DNA of 64,000 nucleotides, taken from assembly GCA_946965045.2 (NCBI GenBank), contig OX337230.1, positions 186,001-250,000 on the forward strand, read 5' to 3'. Source of the stretch: Epithemia pelagica. Taxonomy: Eukaryota > Protista > Bacillariophyta. Of the stretch, positions 21,619 to 34,900 are shown in pieces. The position numbers and the translations under genes are program-made. Under the pieces are notes generated by a model, which did not search any database, had not been told where the DNA came from, and worked only from the letters and a program-made list of their open reading frames with translations. How positions within the stretch are numbered: the stretch's first letter is position 1; the number at the start of each line of letters is the position of its first letter.

Positions 21619-22186
21619 AGAATTCGTTTCTTGGACGTTTCCTGGAATGACGACGACATGTCTCCACTGGTACGGAAACGCAGGGGCAGACCACTTGCGC
21701 CTGTTCCTCTACCCGCCACTTGACATACGAACTAGATTCTTTTCCTTGTGTTGTTTTGTTTTGTTACACCACTAAACCTGTATAGTCCTATCTTCCAAGA
21801 TCTCCTCTATCATGTGTCACTTTCGGTATGGAGCTAGAGGAGTAAGTACACCCCTTGAACGCACATAGCTTTCCGCGGTAGATAGCCGAATCAAAATTTT
21901 TTATCCCCGGTTTTCAGCCAACGACCCGGAGATTGAAGTTTTTGGTCGTGATCGTGTTCTCCGCTGTCGTCACACAGCGCGTTCTTGGGATATTCAACCA
22001 AGCCAAGCGTCGAAAAGATCGCAGGAGCGTTGACCGATTTGTCCATACGACAGAATCCACCCCTGGAGGATATCCCGTGTGTCGGGAGGACACGGGATCT
22101 GACTCACGAGCTTGCGATGGGACTGAGACGAGGCCCCACAAGACAAGGAAATTACGATCGGAGAAATATAATATTTGGCGATAAAT

Positions 22187-22492
22187 TTTGTACATTTGTC
22201 TTTAGACCGTTTTTACTTTGTACATTTGTAGAAACTTCAACTTGAAGTTTGTACATTTGTCTAATACTCCGAAATCGCCGAATTATATCAGAACTGGACG
22301 CTAGGAGCTAGGACACTAAGTTTACCGGCCACTTGATAAGGTAATGGTGGTGAGGCCGACGCTAGAAAATCCCTAGGTCACTGGGTCATTTCATTCTTTT
22401 TTCGGAGTTTTAGACATATGTCCAAACATGAAGTTCAAGTTTGTACATTTGTCAAAAAATGTACAAACTTAAATATCGGAGTATTAGACATC
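22187..22492. repeat. Intergenic cluster of direct and inverted motifs (possible transposon-end remnant)
   Basis: TTTGTACATTTGT at 22187, 22217, 22248 and 22440, with an inverted partial copy at ~22457; 9-bp hairpin AAACTTCAA-C-TTGAAGTTT (22232-22250); GTCTAATACTCCGA (~22259) is inverted as TCGGAGTATTAGAC (~22476). Confidence 0.6.
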
Positions 22493-24046
22493 TCCTACAA
22501 ACCCTCCGACTAGGTGTCCGCTTCTTAGCCCCCCAGCCGCTCTCCGCGACCAACCATTTTAATTTTGGTTTTTTTGCGTTTTTGAAGAAAATTTCGGGTC
22601 AAAATGAAAATGATCACGCCGGCCTTCTGGATCACCGTCTTGAAATTTTGTGAGCAGGCGTGCGCACTTTGACCGTTGGTCTTCCCCATTCTTGATTGTC
22701 GTCCGAAGTTGCGACCCACATTATTTTCACTACGCACCTTTTGCCATGGATAATGGACATGCACCATCACAATGCATTCTCCATCATCTGCACACCATGG
22801 ACATTTGACATAAAGGAGTAGACCATAGATAGTGTTTTGCTCTACCCCATCCTTTCTTTGTTTTTTCTAGGAGAAGTGTGGTTGTTTCTAGTGTTTGTGT
22901 CCGTTTAAAAGTGGACCCTCCTCCACAACACCGTGCCGTTGCCGTAGGCTTGTCTCTTTGCAACCACATACAGTCCTATTTTAGAATACGTCTCTTTCTA
23001 CCTAGTAGTTGCGTTATGGAGCATATAGAGTGTAGAGTCCCCTGCACTGCTGGGAAAGACAAGTCATGCTCATGGCAACAAAAAAAGAACAACAGGAGCA
23101 GGTCGACATCACAATCCACTAAAGACCCAAACTGAGCGACAGCAGAGGAAAAATGGATGGCTTCCTCCACTTATCCTACCTACTCCTAATTGAGGTCTAT
23201 AGCTCTATTTTGTCCTATAAGGATCCTACAAATGATGCCAGCAGCCCCACATGGCATCGACCAAAATGGATGTTACATGGCACAAACAAATGACACACTA
23301 TGGCAACTGGCAACGTAGTGAGAGCCTACAACTAAACATTGTCCATTCCAATGCAAGTATTAGCCATTCCAGAACTTACCATGATGGATGTGCAGTGACA
23401 AAGATGAGATGAGATGGCCAGGGACGAAGCATGCCGTTTTTGGTGTTGGTTTGGTCATTGCCTCGTTTTGTTGCCTGCATCGATTTTGTGACCCGTGAAC
23501 TCACTGAGAACACTATTTTGAGTCTTGTTGAGCAGAACGCCTGCCATCTTCCAACTGTCACATCACGCCAGCCTTTCCACCGATGGATGTGAAATTTCCA
23601 TTCATTTTTTTGTCTGTGAGATTGGGTTTGTCTTGCCCGAACAGACGAGCTAAGAAGCGGACATCTAGTCGGAGGGAAACTCCGAGACGGTGAATACCAG
23701 TGGGGTGGTTCCATTCGTGCGAAGCTCATTCTGAAGAAACCTCCTGGAGTTGTACTCGGGTTAAATCCCGGGACCACAGGATTCCGGATCCCCTTAGATT
23801 TCGGCTAACGCTGCAGGGCCATTCACTGCTGCCATCAACCAACCCACCAACGAGCAACAGCCAATCAAGGATTCAAGATTCTAAGTTGGAGTGGTAGAGA
23901 GATTGCAAGAAGGGCTGCATCGCCAAAGGCAAGCAAAGAACAAAGAAAACGTCGATACGGCAGAAACCCAGTTCAAGTCGCACCATCTCTCGCCTCTTGG
24001 AAAGTTACGGTCCAACATGTCGCAACCGCTCGGCAGGGGCAGCAGC

Positions 24047-26759
24047 ATGTCAAGGACACTGTTTGTGGCGATCGCAATCTCCACCATGCTCAATTTGGTT
24101 CAAGGCTTTGTAGCTCCAACGACAACAAGTCTTGCGTCTCCCATGTTGCAAACGTTACCGACTGATCAGACTCTCTCTCATGGTCGGCTCCATCCAAGCC
24201 GTTCCATGATGTTGGATCCCTCGTCGTGGATGGACGATTCCACCATTTCGGCCGTCACTTCGGCCTCTTCGTCCTCCATGTGGATGGCCTTTACCGATCA
24301 AGGTCAAAATTTGGCCGGCACCTTTTTTCAAGCCAGTTTGTTGCCCTATCTCTTGTTTCTCTACTTTTTGGCCTTTCGAGGCAATCAAATTCCCACCCTG
24401 TCCAATTTTGGTTTTCAATTCATTCTCCTCTTTGTCATTTCCACCATTCCAGCCGGAATCATTTCCAAGTCCGTCTATGGCATGTCCTTGGCCAATGTCG
24501 ATTACTTGCATGGCGGTGCCGAACTCTTGCTCACGTACGTATATACCTTTGGTTGTTGGAGTTGCTGTACGACTTTCTGTGTATCCTCTGGTGTTGATTA
24601 TTTTCAAACCTTGTCTCTCTCATGTTTTGTTGGGTGTTTGTTCTGTCGTTCTTTTTTTGGGGTGGATGATCTTCCATACTAATATATTGGAATGAAACCG
24701 ATATATAGTGTGGCCAACATTCTCATTGTACGATACTCTTGTGTGTTGCAAGTGGCTGGTTTTGGATTTGTCGTTTGATGACTCACAACCATGGACTTTC
24801 TCTCTCTGTGTGTGTATGTGTCTCTGTGTTGTTTGTTGTGTGTGTCTCTGCGTTGGTACTGGTAATTCTGCCACAACAATTTGTATGTAGGTCTTGGGTT
24901 TGAAGGAAACCATGACCAAGGGCGAATCGTCCAGTGATATCGGTCAACCACGCAAAATTGCCTTGGCCATGGCGGCATCCTTTGCCGCCCTGTGTGCCAT
25001 TGGACCCATGGTATTGGTGGGCAATGCCGGTGCCCATAGCCCCTTCTTGTTTGGTTGGGGGGACATTCCCGACAATCAAGTCTTGCAATTTCCGTGGGTG
25101 ACCCATTCCGAACCCGACAATGCCTTGTCCATTCCCACGTGGCTCATTCATTTTTCCTCCGTTTTGGAATATTGGATTGGCATGGGTTTGGTATGGCAAT
25201 ATGCCTCCACCACGGGCAATGAACGATGGAAGGGCTTGACCTGGGGCATGTTGCCCTTGCATGCCAGTGGCATTTGTGCCTGTACATATCACTTTTTTTA
25301 CAATCCATCCTCCCTTCAATTCCTCGTCACGGCTCAAGCGGGATTGACCTTGTTGGGGAATATTACCCTCATGCTGGCGGCCTACCGAATTGCCGCCAGC
25401 AATGGCTGGTCCCCCCAAGAGTTGTTGCCCTCCCCCAATCAAAGTACCAATCCGCAAGGGTTGGTCGCCGATGGTTTGGCCATGAAACCCTTGACGAGCA
25501 ATGACAACAATTTGGTTCCCCTTCCCGGTGTCGTGGGATGGGTAGTGGGTCCCTCCACTTCCAATCTCGATTTGGCCCTCAATTTGGGGGCCGCCACCGT
25601 CTTTTTGTCTTATTTGGTCAAGTATGGATCCCTCGGCTTGGATGCCCCATTCATGGCCAGTCCCTATTTGGCCACGGCCATGATTGTGGGTATCCCAGGA
25701 TTGACGGCCTATTCCTATTATGCCCAATCCAAATCGGAACGAGGTGGCAACTGGAATCCCTTGGCTGATTTGCCTTCCACGTCCTCGGTACAAACACCAG
25801 CCTTTTTGTCCGGCATGTTTGGCAACAACAATGCAACGGACAGTGAAACTGGTTCCGCTGGCATGCCCTCCTTATCCATGGCGGACATTAAAAAGTATGG
25901 GGCCGCCGGTACCGTTGCCTATGTCTTGACGGAATTGGCCTTTTGGGCCGTGGCCTTTCCGGTCGCATCCTTTGCCTTGTACCAATCGTCGGGACATTGG
26001 CCCGATGTCGTCCATGACACGACGGATCGGGCCGCTGTCTTGGCCTTTGTCTTTGCCGGGGCCAATATTGCCCGTCTCTTGGTCCCCCTGCGACTTGGAG
26101 CCGCTCTTGCTCTCGCGCCCTGGGTCGATGACAATATTCTCAAACCCATTCAAGAACAACGACAATCAGCAGCAGCAGCAGCGGTGAAAGAATCCACGAC
26201 TGTGCAAGAACCTACTACAACCACGCCCGTCCCACCGACACCTCCGCCCGCTGCTCCTCAAACCATGTCGTCGTCATCATCCGCAGTGGCATCGACAACA
26301 CCAACCCAAGAAGAAGAAGAAGATGATGAGGTATCATTGGAACCCAAAGTGACAACTGACAAAGGTACCACCAGGGCATCCATGACCAATTCCATGGAAT
26401 CTCAATTGGAATCGGCCAAGGGATGGTTTTCCTCCTTGGGTTCCTCCTTTTCGTCGTCCTTTTCCAACGCCAAACCTCCTAGTACCAGCAGCAGCAGCAG
26501 CACTGTGGATGCACCGACTGTGGTGGAACCCGAGACAAGCACACCGCCAGTCCCCGCGGCAGTGGAAAAAGAACCAACGACCGTAAAAGAAGAACCCATG
26601 GTCATAGAACAGGAAGAAGAGAATGAGACCGGTACGGGAGATGCTATTATTGTTCAGGAAATAGAGGAACCGGAAACTACAACGGAAGAATCCACTACCA
26701 CCAGCGAAAGTACCGCTGCCACACCCTTTTTCATGACGGAAGCCACACCCAAAAAGTAA
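24047..26759 (+). CDS. Plastid-targeted Ycf49/DUF2499 + DUF3593 membrane protein with an extra FAM210/DUF1279-like domain (791 aa); exons 24047-24534, 24709-24727 and 24891-26759
   Basis: Signal peptide ending VQG/FVAP; FQASLLPYLLFLYFL...DYLHGGAELLLT (DUF3593-like); NALSIPTWLIHFSSVLEY...WGMLPLHASGICACTYHFF (DUF2499-like). Two GTACG..AG introns flank a 19-nt exon, giving LLTVANILIVLGL. Confidence 0.85.
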
Positions 26760-27241
26760 ATCCCTATGATTGCTTTGCCTAACAGAAACCACTCTATTCC
26801 AACAAACACACCAACGATTGACTTGTAGAGCTAGTGAGATAGCGAGATGAAAGATTCTATAATTGTAGCAACTGAAATTCCCAAAACGCCAATTTCGCCC
26901 ACCACGTGAGATATGAGAATCTGTCTCTTGTCGTGTTTGTTCCTGCCGTATTGTTCTCTCTACTCTGACTGGACGATACCTGTAATAGGGTTCTCGTACT
27001 AATCAAGGAGGTTGACAGGGTGCACCGGTATCCATTCGCCGCCTTGACACTGGTTCGTAAGCGTTTGGGTTGCCACTTTGGCGCACATGATATATTCCAA
27101 CAATGACTGTTTTTTTTTTTTTCACCACCAAGCCTTGTTCTCCCACACGATCACGACCGCTTCTTGGACAAACAACAAGCATGGATCAAAGCCAGGGGGT
27201 GGATCATCCCTCCTTGTGTCTCGTTCTGCAGTGGATTTTTG

Positions 27242-28994
27242 TTAGGGATGCAGCGACGATGACGACGGTGCCGCCGCCCCATGGCTCTGTGCCACTCGTT
27301 CCAAGGCACATTCCAAGGCTCGTTCCGTGGCTTGCAAATGAGCCGCCAAGGACGACTCGGTCGGAGTCGTGTCATTGTTGTCTTTGTCGTTGTGGTTGGG
27401 AGGAGGAGCCGTGACGATAAAGTGGTGTGGCTGGGTCGCCGCCACGCGGGCCATTCGATCCGATGTCAATTGGGGCAAAATGGCACATCGACAAGCCAAG
27501 GCCATTTCCAAATCATTGTCATCGTCACACAAACAAATCGCATGGCGGTTCAACAAGAACATTTCCGAATCGTTGTCATTGTCATTGCCGTCGTTATTCT
27601 GGATTGTCCTTGTTGTGGAACGGCCCATGAATTGTTGCATCAAATAGTGACAACTAGATATCCACATTCACACATGTAAACATATGTATGCCAATGGGGA
27701 ATGTCGAGTGCAGTGAATTGGAATAGGATACCGCAGAATCATGCGCGCGAACCATACAATCATCCAAACAAAACCAAAAAACAGACATTTGAGAGGAGAC
27801 AAACCTTTCCCAAAACAACGCATCGCAACGCAACACTCATTCGGAGGAGGACGAAATCCCAACGTACCAATTTCGTTTGCCACTCCTGTTGGGGTAGACA
27901 TCAATGCATCCCAAATTCGTGCTATAGGCGAGTGGGGATGGAGGCAAGGCAACTTGTGGTGGTGATGGAGACGTTGTTGGTTTCTCGGTGGTCATGGCAC
28001 CCAACAAGGCATCAAAGGCTTGTTGGGCTTGGAGTGTAGGTTGCTGTTTTCGATTGATGCGAAAACATGTGGAGTAGCCCTTGGTATCCAACACCAATCC
28101 ATGTGTGGTTTGCAACGTTTGCGCATACTTCCACAAGACCCCAGTGTCGTCCTTGGTGTTGTCCTGTGTTTCGTGGGGTGCCGCAGCATCGCTGGGAGTA
28201 CTAGTACTCCACTTGTCGGCCGTTGGGGAGTCTCCGTGATCATTATAATAGTAATCCTGTACTTGATTGCCATGATATCGTGTGGTACCGACGACGGCTT
28301 GCATGCAACGTTTCCATTCGACATCTTCCACCAAAACAAAGGGTGGTTGCAGCCGCAACTCATTGTTTTCTTCGTTTCCTTGTTCGTTTGGGACGTAAAA
28401 GATGCGACCTCCCGATTCGGAGCAATAGGCATGGGCGCGGGGCAAATAGGGCAGTCGTTGCATCAAGGTGGAGGTGCGCATACCACTGACAATCACAAGC
28501 TTGACCTTGCCGTCGTTGCGCAAGGTTTGACACAATTGCAAGGTTCGTGCCGACAGATAACCTCGCAGTCCGGTACGACTGGCGGGCAAGGCCAGCCAGT
28601 CGTTATTGTCGTGTGCACGTGTCGTCGTTTCGACAAGAGGTGTCGTGGGATAATGGACCAAGGTACCATCCACGTCACTAAACACCACTGTAATGGGATC
28701 CACGGAGGAGGAGGAGGATGGATTGTCGTTACCTTGTCGACTGTGATTGTGTTCCACGGCCGAATTTGGTTTTGGATCGACGATCCTGGTCGCAGTAGTA
28801 GTAGTAGTAGTCGATGCCGAATCCATTGTACTGGCCCGACAAGGAGGAGGCACAATCAAGAAAAACAACAACAACAAGAGCACTGGAGGGAAACGAAACG
28901 GATGAATGGTCCAGACGCGTTTCGAATTGTGGAACCCAAGACAATACGAAGCACAACAACGACCCAATGAGGAACAAGACAAGGACGATTTCAT
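27242..28994 (-). CDS. HAD-superfamily hydrolase (Cof/subclass IIB-like, ~512 aa); exons 28994-27868 and 27653-27242
   Basis: Motif I FSDVDGTL, motif II VSGMRT, motif III K in SGKRN across a GTACGT..TAG intron, motif IV CDDDNDLEM. Start position uncertain. Confidence 0.8.
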
Positions 28995-29399
28995 CTCGCA
29001 TGCTCCTCTTGAGGCGTCCACCCTATAAAGTTCCACTTGTCGTCAAGACAGCAACAAAAATGAAGAGAGTGCGTGGCAACTGCGAGAGAAATTTTGGGTC
29101 GCTCCATGGTCGCTTTATAGATTCGTTCCCGCAAGACTTGATTCATGCGCGCCACTCCCATGGACGTGCCTGCGCGAAATCGCGCAGGGGGAGCCCACAA
29201 CGTGACAGGCACTTTCTGTTACTTCTGGGGCGACTCTCTTTTTGTGTTGCATCTCTCTCCCTCTCGTTCGAACGACCAGCGGCAAGAGGCTCGCATGGAT
29301 TTCCCATTGCATCATCCTCATCCTCTCTAGATATTACGTTCTTTTGGCAAAGGACAAGAAACGTCTTGTCTTGTTCTAACACGCGGATTGTCAGAAACC

Positions 29400-30650
29400 A
29401 TGAAACGACCGGCTGGATCCATGGCGACTACCACAACTGCCACACCCGCAGCAGCCAGTGTTCATGTGGTGGTGCCCCACCACCAATCCACGACAGCAAA
29501 GAGTGCCCTTTCGTCTCTCCAGAATCCTCGTTCCTTGGTGGCCGAATTGCAAACCGTCTTACAGGCCAGTCGGTTGGAGTGGACGCAATGGGCCATGCAC
29601 GAACGACAGCGCTGTGATGCAGCCGTGCAAGAACATGCTCACACCGTGTCCCAATTGCAATCCACCATTGATTCGACACAAGAAAACGTCTTGGCCCACC
29701 AACTTCAACACAAGTTGCACATTGCAGATTCCACCGCTGCAACCACAACCAGTATTCCGCAAGAGGGGACCACAACCAAGAATGATAACAATGATGCTAC
29801 TAGTGAACATGAAAATGACACGAACAAGGAAAACCATCCAACCGACCAGGACAGCAACCGATCATCCTCCAAGGATGCCGATTTGACGGACGAAATTCTA
29901 GAGTTGAAGGGTTCCTTGTCGGCCCAAAAGACTCGCTTGCAAGGTACGTCTTGTGGCCAATCTCCTCTCGATAGCCCTGAAACGAGATTTGGTTCTCTCA
30001 CAAGTTTTCCTGTTTCCAAATCAATCCGTTTTTCCGTTGTTGATTCTTGTTCTTGTGGTATTTTTAGAGTTGCATCAGGAAGCGACTCAAGAAGAAGCAC
30101 GCACGGTCGAATCGCGGGAGATTCGATCCGAAGCGCAAGCTTCGGCACAGGCCACCTTGACGCAGTTGCGCAAGGCCAATCGTCCCTATCAACAATTTTT
30201 GGGGTTGGACTTTGAAAAGGCCCCCAACGATCAATTGCGGTACGAATGTCGACCGAGGTTCCAGCTCTCTCTCTCTCTGCCATGGTTTGCCCTGGTTTGT
30301 TTGTTGAACTCACAAATGCTCTTTTGGTGTTGTTGTGGTTGTTTTGAATCTCTGGATACGGCATGGAATGTATGTATGACAGGTTTCTCTTTACCCAGTT
30401 GGATCCCGACCATCCCGATCGGGTCGTGTCCTTTTTGTTGGGCGTGGAGGAGGAGACGGGCTTGTATCAACTCGGAGACTGTCCCCTCTTGTCGTCGGAC
30501 GACACAACCGACACACTGGTGGCCCAACTCAATGCCTCGTTGGATATCAATGCCTTTTTGCGCGCCATGCGACAAGCCCTCGTGACGGCCATTCCACAGG
30601 AACCAGCAGCAGCGGACCCGCACGACGGCCCCAAACCGAACCATATCTAG
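29400..30650 (+). CDS. SPC25: Kinetochore NDC80-complex subunit Spc25 (327 aa); exons 29400-29943, 30068-30239 and 30383-30650
   Basis: N-terminal coiled coil followed by the Spc25 globular motif LGLDFE...DQLRFLFTQLDPDHPDRVVSF...YQLGDCP...LNASLDINAFLRAMRQ; both GT-AG introns keep frame. Confidence 0.85.
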
Positions 30651-31205
30651 TCGAACCAAATACTGTCTGTAGACTCTTGTGTATGCCAGGTGTGCATGTT
30701 TCCTAGGTAGTATATTCGCTATGGAACCAAAAGGATACTAGGTAGAGACCTCTATGGAATGAGAGTTCTACAATCAAGTGTTGAATCCATCCATTCCATT
30801 CCGACCAATTTCATCTTTGCGATAACGGTGAGAGCATCCATGGTGGCCGAGGAAAAGGCGATTCGAAGGACTCTCTCTGGATATAATACTATGCCCCAAC
30901 CATTCTTGCTACTCGGTGGCCGCGCACAACATTCCACATGCGCATGTAGTAGTCTTGTGTGTATCTCTTGGTGCTCCTGTCGTACCGCTTCTTGGGTACA
31001 AACATGCCTGGCTGTAGTACACAACGGCATCCAGTGACTGTCAGTACGAGAGTTGTGTGCCCTCGCCTTGCGCAATACTAGATGGATGGAAGAGAACCTT
31101 TTGGCCGCCATGTTGTTGTTGTTGTTGTTGTGAAGGATTGACACTGGGCATGCCGGCAGGGTTTCACAGTCTTGGGGCGCGTATGGAATAGTAGGCTTTC
31201 GACAA

Positions 31206-31751
31206 TCACAGCGCCGGGGCGGTTCGAATCTCAATTACAGGGGGCACCGTTAGCTCGAGAGGACGGGCGGTTGTTCTTGTTGCTGTTGTTACTGGCAAGG
31301 ACAAGGAAGAAGACGGTCGGACAGTGATGAAAGCGGGGGGACGTTCGGTGGCAGGATGGGGGATGGTAATCCTACCACTACCTCGAAACAAGGGATGCAA
31401 CGATGGTTCTGCTACCGCTTCGTTTGTGACTGGTTGTGGCGCTTGCGGCTCTGTCGTCATCCTCTGGGCAAACAAAGAACTCGTATTGGATCCACCTAAT
31501 TTTCGTCGACTGCTGGTTTTGGAACTCTTTTGCGAATGAAACAAGCTTCTCCATCTAGACGATGACTGTGTCACCGCCGGATGCGACTGTGCTGCTGCTT
31601 GGTGCTGCTCTTGTTGTTGTTTCCAATAGTGTTGCATGGCCCGCAGTCCGGCTTCGCAAATGGCCACGGGTGGATCGGCCATGGGATTGCCTCGCACTTG
31701 CAATTCTTGCAAATGCGTGGCCGACTGGGTGACCAACAAGGGCGGAATGTG
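31206..31751 (-). CDS. Partial (5'-truncated by gap) leucine-rich-repeat protein
   Basis: LQELQVRGNPMADPPVAICEAGLRAMQHYW is a typical terminal LRR plus cap. The upstream part is lost in the N gap, and the 3' end is uncertain. Confidence 0.5.
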   Translation of the reverse strand, partial: HIPPLLVTQSATHLQELQVRGNPMADPPVAICEAGLRAMQHYWKQQQEQHQAAAQSHPAVTQSSSRWRSLFHSQKSSKTSSRRKLGGSNTSSLFAQRMTTEPQAPQPVTNEAVAEPSLHPLFRGSGRITIPHPATERPPAFITVRPSSSLSLPVTTATRTTARPLELTVPPVIEIRTAPAL

Positions 31752-31951
31752 NNNNNNNNNNNNNNNNNNNNNNNNNNNNNNNNNNNNNNNNNNNNNNNNN
31801 NNNNNNNNNNNNNNNNNNNNNNNNNNNNNNNNNNNNNNNNNNNNNNNNNNNNNNNNNNNNNNNNNNNNNNNNNNNNNNNNNNNNNNNNNNNNNNNNNNNN
31901 NNNNNNNNNNNNNNNNNNNNNNNNNNNNNNNNNNNNNNNNNNNNNNNNNNN
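31752..31951. other. Assembly gap (200 N)
   Basis: Run of N. Confidence 1.
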
Positions 31952-34900
31952 ACCAAACCGTCATACGTGGTGGTCACCCAGGAGCAGCAGCACGAATCCA
32001 ATTCCACGTCCAACCTTGCTGTTACGGGGGGATCCTCGAGGAGGAGGAGAAGAAGAACCTGTCACGAGCGAACAAGTCCAATCGGTATGGAATCAAGCCT
32101 TGCAGTATCAAGATCAACTTTCCGACGACAACGACAACGACCAGACGCACCCGTTGGAACACACTTACACCACCAAAAAGAACAACCACCAATCCAAGGA
32201 CGAAACTGACATTTCTACGTTGTACAGTTCGGCCTGTCTCATTGTCAAGGATGACAATCATTGGCTGCGCGAATGGATGGCCTATCATTATCATGTCGTA
32301 CGATTGCGACACTTGATTGTCGTCGTTGATCCCGACAGTCGCACCTCACCCGAATCGATTTGGCAAGCGTGGCGTCCCAAATTCCATTCCTTGACCGTCT
32401 GGACCGATGACGACTTTGTCCCCGCCTGGTTGCGACCCAAATTGCGACGTGCCAATACGGTGACGGTTTCCAATGTCACGACAAACACAACGAATACTAC
32501 CACGACAACGAATACGAATACGACCACCAATGGCGCTGGATTGTGGATGCATTTGAATCGACAAAAACAATTTTACAGTGCCTGTTTGCGACACTTGCAA
32601 CAACAAGCACAAGCTCAACCAGTTCCCAATCCCAACAACAACCAGAATACTACTAGTACGACTCCGACGAATCCTCCAGGACCTCCCACTTGGGTCCTCT
32701 TGACCGATACCGATGAATTTCTGCGCATCAATCCCGTTCAATATCCCTTGTCCTGGTCCACACGCATGCAACCGGGACATGTCTTGGACCTGTTGGAACA
32801 AGACTATCAACAACAACAGAGACACGATCGTACGGCAACCACGACAACCCGTAGGAGTGAGGTTGGTTTGTTGGAGACCAACGCTTCGGGTCTCAATCAT
32901 TCTCATCCATCCACCTCAACAACAACCCCAACCACCACAACACCAACTTGTTATTTGGTACCACGCATCCAAATAACCTCCCTGGAGGACACGGACCATT
33001 CTACTCATTCGTTGTCATTGTCATTTCATTTGTTGGAGGACAAGCCTCCTCCTCGACCGTTTCAAGCCTCGAAATTCTTGACCTATCACTGGCTCTTTCA
33101 CAATGGACATGAAATGTCGGCGGGCAAAAATGTCCTTCGATTGCATCCCCACCACGATGTTCCCTTGTCCAAACGGGCCGTGCCATCGGTCCATCAAGTC
33201 TTGGACTCGTGTCCGCGCAATACACCCGGACGACACGTCACGTCCGTGACGGCAGCTGCCAGTACGGAAAATGCCGAGGATTCCCCACGGCGGCCGCCCT
33301 TGTTGCAAATTCATCATTATTTGGGGAGTTGGCAACAATTCACCTTTCGAGACGATCCCCGTGATGCCGCCGTGGATCGCCCATTGCAATGGCTGGTACG
33401 GGGACAAGTTCCGACCCCCATGGTTCGAGATGTGGGCATGGCAGCCTGGCTGCATGGCTTTGTCCAAACGCAAGGACTGGCCACTGCACAACACCTCTTG
33501 CAACACGTCGGAGAAGTGGAGACGACGGATCCAAATGTCACTTTACAGAAACGACCCCCGCATCCCACTGCTGCCCAAATTAAGTTCTACCAACATCAAT
33601 TGCTGGAACAGCAGCAACAACAACAAGCCCAGGAGAAGAATCCGCACGAAATCATTGGTGAAGGACGAGGACTGGAACCCTTTTCGGCCTGTCTGGTCCT
33701 CATGGATGACAATCATTGGCTGATTGAATGGATGGCCTATCATTACCATGTCTTGCCCCTGCGGCGGTTGATTTACGTGCAAGATCCGCACAGTCGCACC
33801 GATGCGACACCGATTTTTGATCGATGGCGGGACAAGATGGACCTCTTGGTCCAATGGACGGATGATCGATTCATGCCCCATCATGTGTTGGAACAACACG
33901 AATGGGGAAACATGACCAATGCCGCCTTGCATCGGTATCGACAAAAGTTTTTTTATGCTGCCTGTTTGACCGAATTCAAACAACTGCAATTGCAACGCAG
34001 GGCGGTCCAACAACGCAATGGTACTACAGTCTCCTCTCCGACGACCTCTACTAGTACTACAGCCACAGCCCTAGCACCGCCGTCCTCTCCCTGGTGGGTA
34101 CTGTTGGCCGACACGGACGAATTTGTCCGTCCCAATTCGTTTTTGCGGCACAATTCCAAAGTTCCCTCAAGTTTGTTTGCACCGGGCGCCGTGGCTCGAT
34201 TTTTACAATCCCAATTGCATGCCCATCGAGTCGTGACCGGTCGTCCCCACGAACAACAACAACAACGCAACAAGGGAGCCTGTTTGTACATTCCCCGACT
34301 GCTCATCACCTCGAAAGAGCAAGCTGCTGACAACGACAAGGACAAGGGCCACATGGATTCTCTTTTGTCTCGTCGTCGTCGTGACTCGATTGGGGTTCCC
34401 CGTGGTATGAACCAGACCGACTTTTTGACCCTTCGCTGGCTGTATCACAATGGCAAGGAACAGGTACATGGTCGTGGGGATCGGAATTTGAATGGCAAGA
34501 ATATCATTGACGTGAGTCAAATTCAGCGTTCCGATATTCCAAACAAGATTAAAAATGTCCATCACGTCTTGCCCGAGTTTTGTCCGGCCTCCATCCCCCG
34601 AACCAAGACGAATGGAACCAAACTGACCAAACCATTTAATACGAGCGGGACAACAACAACAAGTACCAAGAGTACCAATGATCGTTTGTATGATCGCGAC
34701 AGTTGGTTGGTGATCAATCACTATTTGGGAACCTTTCCCCAATACACGTTTCGAAAGGATCCACGCGATGTGGATATTCCTGGACGGTTTCAACGAACGG
34801 ATTACAAACGATGGAAAGCATTGGGACAACCGGCACCCTATCGCGATACCTACATTACGTCCTGGCTGGAAGGATTTGTCCATGCTCTACGACGAGGCAG

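Noticed and set aside
21800-22800. Possible complete MITE/CACTA element (CACTACG at ~22728)
   Set aside because: No matching opposite terminus or TSD found; only the internal motif cluster is reported.
23630-23810. ~60-codon protein-like frame (…GEYQWGGSIRAKLILKKPPG…)
   Set aside because: No ATG, bounded by stops, no family recognised.
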